Origin: a virus
DNA: 64,000 nt
IMG/VR virus record: IMGVR_UViG_3300043749_000038
Span: 5,072 to 69,071 of that record
Direction: 5' to 3' (one strand)
A model generated the notes under the pieces. The model was given only the letters and a program-made list of their open reading frames with translations. It had not been told where the DNA came from and ran no database searches. Positions 48,419-59,245 of the stretch are shown here, in pieces. Position 1 is the stretch's first letter. Each line of letters opens with the position of its first letter. A program made the translations under genes and the position numbers.

Positions 48419-51400
48419 TCATATTCCTGTAATCTCAAATAAGTAAATTTTCAATCCCGGATTCATCTCTTGCACCTTCTCGACAACCAGTTTAAACTCA
48501 ACAGGGTTGCGAGTTTTAAACGGCTTGATCTTGGGCAGGTTAGTCCTCATCACCCACATGACCTTCGGTGGTTCAGGTTGACCGGCCTTTTCCTTCTCAA
48601 GCTGTCGCATTACTGCGGCCATCAGTGCAGGATGATCTGAAGCACGGATACCCATATACAACCTCCTACAAGCTGCGCAGGGTTATTACCCAAGCATACC
48701 CCTACGCGCACATTTTTAACAGCGGCAAAGCGTGTTGCCGCACGCGGCAGGGTGCAGTTTTACCCCTTGGTAAGCAGGTTCGGGTAAAACTTCGCCAGTT
48801 GCTCGTTAAGGGAGTTAAAAACCTGCTTGTTGAGTTCGGACTCTTTCACCGAAGCAGCGATAAGAACTCTGTCGGTTGTCGACTGCATTGCCATGCGTGC
48901 AAGCGTGGTTTGATCGGTCAAAGCGCGAACAATTAGACCGAACTGCTCAGCGGTGATGTGCACGTTCAAACCATAGCGTTGGAAACGCTCTGCTTCATCA
49001 AGACGGCTTGTACCTTTGTGCTGTTTGACCACACTGAGCGCAGCTTGGAGCGAACCAACCGAGCGATGCAGTTCACTGATGTCATACACCAGAGCATATT
49101 GCAGGTCAGGCGAGAACTTACCGAAGTATTCCGCCTCCATTTGACGGGCAAGCGCAGGATTCTCGAACTTTGTGCACCATGCTTTGAACAGCGGAGGATG
49201 TTCAGTGAAGAACTTCCGCGCTTGATCAGGCAACTTAGCCATAATCTGCTCAGATGTCAGACTACGAATAAGTTCTGCAAAATTATCTTCCATTGTTTAC
49301 TCCTCATATCGAGCAAAAGTGCCCGTCAATGCGCCACCGAAGTGACGCATTAGCTGGAACTTTAATCGTCTAGCTGGAACTTTACAGAGGTTCGCCGACG
49401 TATGCGGACGGGTCGACGTTGTAACCCAAGCCGATCAAAGCTTTAGCTACATCGCGCGGTAAGCAGGAGCGACCATCGTAATCCCTCAAGCTCTTGTCCG
49501 TCTCAAACCAGAGTCCGCCACCTTCACCGTAGACGTCGTGCTCGTAGTAACCGTAATTGGTCGTCGGCGAAACTTTCACTTCCCATTTGCCTTCCTTGGC
49601 GGTCAGGGTGTAGTCGTGCTTTTTGAGATCCATATTATTCTCCATGTGTGGTTAAGGGTAACACAGTTCAAGCAGCTTGCTTGCGTTTTTGAAGGTCTTG
49701 GTGGACCGTTGTTTCCAAGACATCGTTAAGCGCCTGCACGCACTTCAGGTGGAAGTCAGCTTCACGCTTGTGGTCAGCAATCTTGCGCTGATTGTAGAAC
49801 ACGGCTGAATCACCGTTTTCCATCTTGTGTTCATACCGACGCTGGGAATTGCGGTGACTTTCCACGCGCTTCCAGTGCCAGATACGAAGTTGGGTAAGAT
49901 TCATATTCATTCCTTTTCCAGACGAGACATTGAGTTTCCAAATTGCGTGTTGATGAAAATCGGCAACTTTGTGCAGCTTACGGATTTCCGACTTTCTACA
50001 AGGGGCATCGTGGCTGTTCGCAGCACTGAAAGCTAAGTTACGGAATAGAGCAAACTTATCTTTATGCCATTTGTGGAGTTCTTCGAGGGTCATCAAGCCA
50101 CCTTTGCAATCTGAACAAAAAGACTTGCTTGGTAATTCTGCATTTTAATGACCAGATTCCCTGCAACCAATTCGTAAAGTTCCTGACGCTGGCTGATGTC
50201 AGTCTTAGCGATTGTTTCTGCTATTTGTTCAGCCATCTTGTTAAGTTCGCCTTTGGTGTGGTAGCTCATGCATGAACCCCCGTTGCTTTGATCAAGAGCG
50301 TAGCAGCTTCGGTTTTGGCGTCGATGAAGTAAAAGTTGTAACGATTGTAGGCGTCAGTGGCTTTGTCGAACGACTCGCTAATGTGCTTGCTATTGATTTG
50401 ACCCCACACGCAGTAGTTCTCGAGCATGCCCACAAAATCGAGGTTGAGCTCAACGCGCCCGTCGTTGGTGTGCACGAGGAAGCGCTTGATTTCGCGATCG
50501 GGTTTGATGACGTATTCTTCAACAACCCAGCTACCGTCGTTGTTCATCGCTTCAAGTTCAGCCTTGTGCTCTTCGGCAGTACCGAAAGGATTTAAGCTTC
50601 TTTCCATTTCGGACAGATACTCTTTCCTGAATTTAGGACTGAAATCTCCAACCAGCTTCACACAGTGATTGCTGTATTGCAGCATATCGTTCTTAATAAT
50701 GCTCATCTTGGTTCTCCTTGACTTTAAGCCAAAAGTTTTCAACTTCAAGGGCAAACGCTTTGTCTTTCAACGCCACGTTCTCCTTAACGGTTCGCGCTAG
50801 TTCCTTTGCTAATTCCTCTTTGGTGCGCGACTCCATGAGGTAGGTGAAGAGGTTCAATCAACACCCCATCCCGTTTGTACAACTTCACGACGCACCTCAA
50901 CAGGGATGTAGGTGAGTTTGTCCGGTAGGTTCGCAGGGCGCCGTCCGGTAATTATCCGATGATTTGGATACTCAAGCACGGTAGCCAGTTCAATGTTGCT
51001 GGTTTCACCAACATGGACCGACTCCGTCCCCCACTTTAAAACCACACTAATGATTAGGAACGTGCCATCTTCCTTGACGGCGACGTATCCTTTTGTGACT
51101 TTCATATTTCCTCCTTTAACGGACCAATCGTCCGACAAGCCACCCTGTTGCCAAGGTAGCTTAGCTGACGTTATCGGTTACGTTGTTGATCTTGGTACTG
51201 ACGCTTCGGCATATCCCACTCGTCCAAGAAAGGCTCAATGGCGTCACCGCGCTTCTCGCGCAAATCCAGGGCAATGCGGACGTGTGGGTAATACTTGGCA
51301 ATCGCCTTGATCAGGATGCCGTCGCTGACGTAGCAACCGAAGTTGCCACCGTTCTTCCACCAAGCTTTAGCTTTCACATTTATGTGAATAAATCTGCCGC

Positions 51401-54400
51401 TGTCGGGAATGATCTCGTACTTCACCTTACCTTGCTTAACCAGATGGTACGGGTCAGACATGTCGACAACAGTCAGCTCGCTGTAACCTGCTGGTGAACC
51501 TCCAAACCACGGACCACGCAAGTGCACCGTGCGCCCGTCCTTCAGTTTGATGGTAAAGGTGGCGCCCGCGTAGCCGTTTTGCTTGGTGGTTTGCCAGTGG
51601 CCTTCAGGAAGCGGTTTGCCGTTGTCGTCCTTATTGCTAAGAGCTCCGCTGTGCCAGTGCTGCTGCATTACGCCTTCGTGCTCGCGGAACCAGCGACCAT
51701 TTTCACCCTGCTCCCAAAGCACATCCTTGGGCATTGGCTGTGTTGCGCATTTGAACTTGACGCGAGGGCTATTGGCCCAACCCATCATCCAGTCGATGTG
51801 CAAACCCTTCACCCAAGCGGGCAGATCCTGCGGGCCAACCGGGCGTTCAATTTCAACCCAGTTCGGGGCGCCTTCAAGACCATGACGAATTGCCAAGGTC
51901 TGATCTTTACTGGCTATCATGCTATCTCCTTGTTAGTGTTACCGGGTAAGTCACCCGTAACAGTGCTCTGTCACAGCACTGTGGCTGGTTACTTAATCCT
52001 GCTCGTGCTTGCCGCTACCGGCAAACTTCTGTTTGCTGAATTCACCAACGATCGGAACACCGTTGGGCGCAAGCACCGGACATTTCTCGCTCATGCTGTG
52101 AACGCCGTTGCGCTTGCCGCAATGCGCGCAGAGTTCGGTGAGCTCGAACTGCCTTCGGCTGTCGTTGAAGTGTGGTGCCATGTTGTGGTTATCCTTTCAA
52201 ATGTTAGGGTATTCGCGCACGGTGCGCAGGAACACGTTACGATCTGCGTCCCATTCCTCGACGCATACTTTGCCGTACGTCGCAGACAATTCGTTAGCAC
52301 GCTCAAGAGCGCGCTGCTTGTTCAGTTCGTTGTGCTCTGGTTCGCCGACGTACCAACCTTTTTCGACACGGCTCCAGTTAAGGGCGCTGCCGGTTAAGGA
52401 TGCCCACACTTCGTAGCGCAGGCGGGTTGCGTTTGCCATTAGTAGCTCCTTTCAGCGTTGGAATTAACTTCACGTTTCGGGTTAAACCGGCCCAGGATGT
52501 AATCTGGCCGGCGTTGGTCCGGTTGTGGGCACGCTGCAAGGATGCGCCAACCAGAGTCCAACTGGCTTTGCAGGTTGTCGGAGCAAGAGTTCTCGCACAA
52601 CATGACTTCGTTGTAGGTTGCGAGCGCTTGCCCGGGCATGTGCACTTCGCAGCGCTCGTTGTAAGCACGCTCTTGCGGTGCAAGGTTCAGCAGCTTGTTA
52701 GCTACTTGCTCGAAGCGGTTATAGTCGAATGCTTCTGGGCCGTTGAATTCACGAATGCCCTTAAGCTCGAACTTAAAGCCATTTTCAACAGCATAGAGCA
52801 TCTGTTCTCTAGATAGTAAGATGCCGTGCGGTTGGCTTTCTTGGTGCTCGCTGAGCTCATTTCCGATAGATTTCAACCATGCGCTGCGTGCTTCCAATAC
52901 AGCCTTGGTTTGGGCGTTGTCTTCATCTGTGCTGTAGCTGGATTCGTACAGCCATTGGAAGTCCACATTGTACAGTTTCATTTGCAGTTCTCCTCTTGAA
53001 ATTTGTGTCTACGGTTACAGTGCTGCAACTGTTATTGTACCACAATTCCAGCACTATGGAAGGGTCTATTGTGCGCAATCAGCGATCAATTTGTCAATCC
53101 AAGCTTCGCGCGCACGATTGTAGATATTGTTCTCGTCAGCCCAGGCAAAGTGCTGGTGTCTTGTGTAATTATCAATATATTCAACGTTGAGCTGGATGCG
53201 AAGCCAGTGATTGAAAGTATAGAGGTAATTGAGCCCTGCTTGAATCTCTTGCAGGAGGCTTTCAGCTTCGACGGAAAGCTCGGGCATGCTGTCTCTTATG
53301 TGCTCAATAGAGTTGCACATAAAGACGTCCGAGGACGTGCGGTCTTGAAACTCTGCTTTCAGCATGTTCAGGATTTTGAGACGATTCTTGTTCATTTAGA
53401 CTCCTTGTACAGTGAGGTAATACCAGTGGTCCTCCACTCCCTTGCGTCCTCCGCCGTTGAGGATGTGCTCCAACTGCTCGTCGTTGCGCGGGATTCGTTC
53501 TCTTAACTGCTCGATGGTGGGTTTGTTTGCCCACACAGCAACGAAGTACTCGCCGTGCTGATCGTACTCGTTGTATTCCTCGGTGAGAATCCAAACGGAG
53601 GGAACTTGTGTGGGCACATGCTCGGGCATTGCAATGACTTCGCGGAACGCGCCCATTACGTAGCCTTGCAGCTTTTTAGATAGCAGACGTGCAATATGCT
53701 GATGAAATGCAGCTTCCAGCTTTTGGGCCGGTGTCTCTTGTCGGTTCATTTAGACTCCTTTATGCCAATAAGGCGGTTATCGGATAAGCATCCGTAAATG
53801 CACCCTGTCACAGTGCATTGGCTGAGGCTTACAAATACGCGTCTGCTAGGTAGCGGCAGAGGTAGAAGAACGAAGGGACGCACATTACTTGTTGACCATT
53901 AATGAACCCACCCCAAACACGATTGCCATGCAAGGAACGGCCCACTACTTTGATATGTGGTTTGTTCATGGTCTTAACCCCAATAGCTGAAGATGCACCA
54001 CTTCGGTTCCTGCCAGGGGATGTTGTGGCGGGTGCAGAAGTCGCGCAGGGCTTTGACTTCGCTATCGTGTACGTGCCCGAACACAGCAGCGGTCGGATAA
54101 CCACGCAGAGCCACTTGCTTCGTCCCACGCACGGCCAGGAAGTACATTGGGTTATCGCGGGAGCAGTGACGGATAAGGTCAACTGGGACTTTGTTGATGT
54201 CCTCGACGGGCGTTGTATCAGTGCTGTAAAGATCCAACAGCACTGCTTCTTCGTCGTTGTCGTACTCGTCGAACATGCGCGCTAAACCTTCAGGCAGGTT
54301 GTTATCCAGATCGCCCAGGTCGAAACCGAAGGCTAGGATTGCGTTTGTGCTCACTCCCATTTTACCTCCTCGTTATGGTTTGGATTGCGTTTGTAGATTG

Positions 54401-55572
54401 GCCCATTTTATTGCTCCTTAATGTTTGATTGGTCTACGTGGTGCAACTCCCCGTTGAATGCGACAAGGTAAGCAGGCTCGGTGTCGGTACTGGTGAACCG
54501 CCTGTTGACAACCTTGCCGTTCTCGCGCATTTCACCGTCAAAGCACTTGGCTTTCACGATGGTGTCGCCGATTGTGAATTTGTATTGGTTCATGTTAGTC
54601 CTCCTTGTTGTGGTTATACCAGATTAAATTCTGCTCGGCGTAATACTTCAGCCGCTCTTCGTAACTTGCGTCAGCAGCATCATAGCGTTTCTTAACCCGT
54701 TCGTATTCTTCCGAGTCCGTTATGGTCGCGAGCTTAGCAGCACGCTGCTGTCTCTCGTCAACCTTCGGTTTGCCGGCCTCGGCAGCGAGCATAATTGGAT
54801 TCATTACGCTCAGGTGGAAGGGCTGCAACGTACCGGGCAAGCTGTTTGGATCAGCAAGCGCCATCTTCTTTAGATCACGCAGTTGCTTATCGCTAAAGCC
54901 ATCTCCCGTTCGTGCGTAGTGCGTCGAGAGCTTTTTGAAGTTATCGTCAACTTGCCCGTCACTTGTTTCATTCGGCTTTGCGTCTTGCTTTTGACGGCGA
55001 GCATTAACGCGCAGCTCCAGAGCGTCGTTACGCAAACGCAAGGACCGCAAACGTTCCTGCTCATACTCCAGCTTTACTCGACGAAGCTCCTGAAGGGTTT
55101 CGTTCCTTGTGTAGGACTTGGGCTCTTTAACCACAGGTGCTTTGGCTGGACAACCTTCACCAATAAAGTCAAGAATAACTTTGCGCTGGTAGTCGTCGAA
55201 GATATAGTAGTCCAGGAAAGCCTTGATATTATCTGTGCTTTCGAAACCTTCTTCAAGCAGGTTGTACGTTACGTACGCCACAGGTTCGTGAACGCTTGTG
55301 CCGTGAACAACACCTTCGTCCAAGTCAAGCTCGCGGATGACGTTAAAGAGCAATGCAATGCGCGCATACTTGGTAACGGGCTTCGGATTGAACCAGTTGC
55401 CCTGACGGTTGTTGTAAACCTGACGGATTACACGCTGCCCGTACGAAGGATTAGTTTCGATCCAGTAGCGAACAGGCGTACGCTGGTGGTTGAGCATGTA
55501 CTGGTCCGTCTCGAAACAGGTAGCTTGCGATACATGGTTAATAATTTGATTGTCTTGCAGATAATGTGACAT
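48419..55572 (-). other. Array of small early/middle hypothetical genes (e.g. 48760-49293, 49382-49645, 49668-50096, 51171-51920, 52439-52981, 53066-53395, 53396-53749, 53974-54360, 54408-54593, 54595-55572)
   Basis: Tightly packed co-oriented ORFs with GGAG-type RBS; no recognisable family. Confidence 0.6.
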
Positions 55573-55605
55573 GTAGAACTCCGTAAAATTAGCGAAAGCA
55601 TGTAC

Positions 55606-55634
55606 ACTATACGCATGAAAATAAAAAATGTAAA
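55606..55634 (-). promoter_or_regulatory. Sigma70-like promoter
   Basis: TTTACA-17 bp-TATAGT on minus strand. Confidence 0.65.
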
Positions 55635-56705
55635 GTTATTTGCTGTTTGGTGGGAGGGTGCCCGAGGAATGGGGGTGTCCCCGCTAGTTTTGCAGCCCCC
55701 CAGAGTGTGAAAAGTAAGCTGTTTGTACGGGGGGTGGGGCCTATAGGGGCTACCCTGGCTACCAAACTCGCTTTTTAAACTTTTCACAATGTGTGTTTTT
55801 AAGTTTTTTTGTTAATTAATTTGGCTAATTTCTGTAGTTTAGCTATGTAAACCCGGTAAGAATCGGGTTAGTAACAGGTTTAATGCATCAAAATCACACA
55901 AACCACAGACCAGCAGCTCGCTTCAGCATGCAAGCCACACAAAAATGCGCGGCTCAAAGCGCACAACTGTATATCCACTCCATAGTGTGGGCATACAGTT
56001 GGAGCCTGGTGCAAAACCAAGCTCCTTAGCTCATCTCACAGCCTGAGTAGATTGTTCATGAGTATTCAGTCCTTATCGCTTATAACGTTCAATAATTGCT
56101 TCGGTCATCGTTACAACAGCCTGTTCGCCCATGCGCAGCAAATCTGCGAGGGTCTCAGGCTTGTAGCTGTGAGCTCCTGTCTCGTTAATGATGGTCAGCC
56201 CGTGGACTTTGTGGGTGCGGTACTCAACCGTCACCGCGCGAACCATAAAAGACAGCTCGTCGTCACGGAAACTAAAATCAATGTGCGTGCGGACCATACT
56301 TCCTCCTATGTGTGGTTATAAAGCCTGAGCAGACTACTCGTGAGCAGCCCAGGCGGGTGGGTTAAAGTAAAACAACACCGACACTGAACTTAATGACGGT
56401 GGACGCAGGGTCCCATTCGTAATGCGGAGCAGACAGCTTACCAGTCGCGACGCTGCGCGATTGGGAATAGTACAATTGCTCTGTGTCGGCGTCTAAGACT
56501 TCGGCGTACGTTGCCTTGTATTTGTTGATCTGCAGATTGCGCACAACGTTGACACTTGCTTCGAACAGGTTAGAACCGCGAGTGGTCTTGACCAACTCAG
56601 TCTTGTACCAATAACGCGTCATTAACTTCGGTGGTGCATCCTTGACCGAGCCAGTCTGCATCACAATTTTACCTTCCATAATTCACTCCATTTAATGTGG
56701 CACAT

Positions 56706-56759
56706 ACCACAGACGCCCAATTAAGGGCGTTTCGACCAATTAGGTCTCGTCAGTGTGGT
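56706..56759 (-). ncRNA. Type I hammerhead ribozyme
   Basis: ACCACA-CUGACGA-GACC(UAAUU)GGUC-GAAAC-GCCC(UUAAUU)GGGC-GUC-UGUGGU: full catalytic core and three stems. Confidence 0.9.
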
Positions 56760-56963
56760 TATAAAAGCTTGCTCATACGATCGCGAAGCTCATCCTCAAC
56801 GTTAATGGTGTCGAGTATCTTAAGCATGTCGTATTGGTTTAAGTCTTTACCGAACTCATGCTTTAAGACTTGCAAGAGCTCCATTGCGAACTTATCGAGC
56901 GTGTTGTTCACAACTGCGTCCAGCCGACTCATTGCGCTCATGAGTAATCTCCTCAAGGTTAAT

Positions 56964-56987
56964 AAAAAGCCCGCTGGTTAGGCGGGC
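56964..56987 (-). terminator. Rho-independent terminator
   Basis: GCCCGC-loop-GCGGGC-TTTTT on minus strand. Confidence 0.65.
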
Positions 56988-56995
56988 CGGGCGAA

Positions 56996-57622
56996 TCACT
57001 GTGCTGCCGGAGCAGGCTGTGTAGGCATGCTGGCCACCGGGATGAGCTGGGAGCGACCTTTGATGCCGTTGTACGAGCGCCACCGAGCGAACTGAGTTTT
57101 GATCGTGTGCTCGTTGACGTCCTTGAGATCCGGGTGCGCACGCACTTGGCTGATGAGCGCCGGGTGGCCGTTCTGGTCGTGGCTGATCTTGTCAGCGATT
57201 GCCCAGATTTGGCCGCACAGCGAATCTGGTGCCGGGCGGGTGATGCCGTTCTGCTGCTGCTTGTCCGCCTTGGGAGCACGAGCTTGCTTGGGCTGGCCAA
57301 GGACGACCGAAGGGTTGATGCCGAGTGTTGCTGCGAGTTGTTCAACTTGCTTCTTGAACTCGAGCTCTTTCTTCTGCTCTTCGGTCAGCTCCGGTTCCTT
57401 GTGCACTGCCGGCGTGGTTTGGGTCGTCGGTGCGAACTGCTGGCGACGATCGTGGTCCGCCTGGCGGCGTTCAGCCTTGCGCTGCTCTTCGTCGACTGCG
57501 TGTTCCTCTTTCGGAGTCTCGAGGTTCTTGCCTTTCGGGCCTTCGACGGTGCCTTGAGCGACTTTGTGCACACGCGGAGCACGTTTTGCAGCAGCTTTCG
57601 GGGCGGTTTGAGTAGTTGCCAT
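56996..57622 (-). CDS. Putative DNA-binding protein (paralog 3)
   Basis: NGITRP...QIWAIAD...NEHTIKTQFARW. Confidence 0.7.
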   Translation of the reverse strand: MATTQTAPKAAAKRAPRVHKVAQGTVEGPKGKNLETPKEEHAVDEEQRKAERRQADHDRRQQFAPTTQTTPAVHKEPELTEEQKKELEFKKQVEQLAATLGINPSVVLGQPKQARAPKADKQQQNGITRPAPDSLCGQIWAIADKISHDQNGHPALISQVRAHPDLKDVNEHTIKTQFARWRSYNGIKGRSQLIPVASMPTQPAPAAQ

Positions 57623-57699
57623 GATAAATTACCTTTCGCTAGTAGGTTTAAAGAGCAACGTCCTTGCGGACTTCGGCAGGATTGCCGGCAGTATGCACG

Positions 57700-57833
57700 G
57701 TTAATGCACACTGCGAGCACCCCTACAACGCACGGCAAGCTTTGTTGCCACGGTTTTCGCAGCTTGGGTAGGGTGGGAGTAGCTTCCCACCCCTTACACC
57801 GCTTGTAGCTTGCGGCGCCCAAACTGCATTAAC
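57700..57833 (-). ncRNA. Putative multi-branched structured RNA / leader
   Basis: 9-bp closing stem GTTAATGCA/TGCATTAAC just downstream of TAAAAT; internal hairpins with repeated AAGCUAC loops. Confidence 0.5.
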
Positions 57834-59071
57834 TACATTTTAGCCCAAAATTGCGAATTTAAACGTGCTGGGCGTCGCTTTTTGGGGTCTTATCAGCGTC
57901 AAAGAACGATTCAGCGAACACAAGAGCGGGATAACCTCGGATTCCAAGGAATAACTCGAGATTTATCATAATGCTCTGCACTCCCATGCCCTTCTTGACC
58001 TCGTCTTTGATAACCTCGACAGTGTGGTTATACTGCTTGCCAAGGTAGAAGCGAACGTCGTCCATCGCCTTCTTGCGCTTGAGGTCTTCATTCGTGAATT
58101 TTGAGTAGTCTACGGTCCAGTGCATGATTAACGTCCTTTCTCGCGAGCGAATTGAGCGAAACCAGTTGCAATGTCGGCATCAGGCGTCTGGAAGATGTCC
58201 AAGTCGGTCTTGGCAAGGTATTCGTCAATGAGATCGTCGAGCATTCCGATGTACCAATCGTGCAGCAAGATGCTGAGCCAGTCTTTACGAGCCGTGACAA
58301 ACGCTGCGTTCTTGATCTCACACGGCGTGTCTTTGTATTCTTGCAGTTTCATTTGTTCTCCTTAGTTGAGTTCGAGCAAAGCGCTCGACAAGTGAGCCAG
58401 TTAAGGCCCACTTAGCTAGAGCTTTACTTCATGCAGTCCATGACAGCTTCCATCACTTGACCCTTGCGCAGAGCCGAGTCAACAGCGTCGTACATGTAGT
58501 CCTGCACGAAGCCGCTAACGCCTTGATCGCGAAGGAACGCGAGGAAGTCCGGGTTGAAGAAGTTCCCTTCGAATCGTGGCAGGAGTCGATGCTTCATGAC
58601 TACTTGCATCCCACCTTCAACGGGGGCGAACTCCACTTTGTCGTTCGACTTGAAGTCGACTGCGGTAATTTGCAGGTCATTCATGACGTCAGCACGCATC
58701 GTTTCTTCGTAGGTGTTGACGCGGGTGGTTTTAGTTGCCATGTTGATTCTCCTTGGTTGGTACTGCGGTTATGAGCAAAAGCGCTCGTGAATGCCCACGG
58801 TATGTGTGGGCATAAGCTAGAGCTTTACTTAATGTTGAAGCGACGCTTGAGTTCTGCCTTCACTTCACGAGCAACAGGACCTCGCCAGGTTTGTGCATTG
58901 ACGAGGAAGTAGGTGCAGATTTCCTCTGCGTTGGCGAAGCCGTAACGGTCACCATCCTTCACGAAGGAAAACATCGCTTCGATGTAAGGGACCGCGCCGA
59001 AGTAAGGCTTCTTCCAGTCGTCTTTAATGATCTTGGCGATTTCAGCTACGCGCATGTCTTGCAGGTTCAGA

Positions 59072-59245
59072 TTACTCATGGCTATTCTCCTCTTGCTGTT
59101 TGACGTACTCAACGAGTACTTTGTTCATCATTGGTTGGTAATTCGCGCCAAGTTCCTCAGCACGTTGTTTGAAATAAGCGACAACTTCCTTGTCTACATA
59201 CAAGCAAACTCGGTCCTTGTCGTCATTTTTACGCTCTCGGCCCAT
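59072..59245 (-). CDS. BrnA-like ribbon-helix-helix protein (57 aa)
   Basis: RVCLYVDKEVVAYFKQRA...NYQPMMNKVLVEYV resembles the BrnA/CopG RHH pattern. Confidence 0.6.
   Translation of the reverse strand: MGRERKNDDKDRVCLYVDKEVVAYFKQRAEELGANYQPMMNKVLVEYVKQQEENSHE

Noticed and set aside
55725-55755. G-quadruplex candidate
   Set aside because: Only three clear G tracts; too weak to claim
55995-56030. CTGGTGCAAAACCA resembling a twister-sister loop
   Set aside because: It is on the strand opposite local transcription, and the remaining conserved elements were not found
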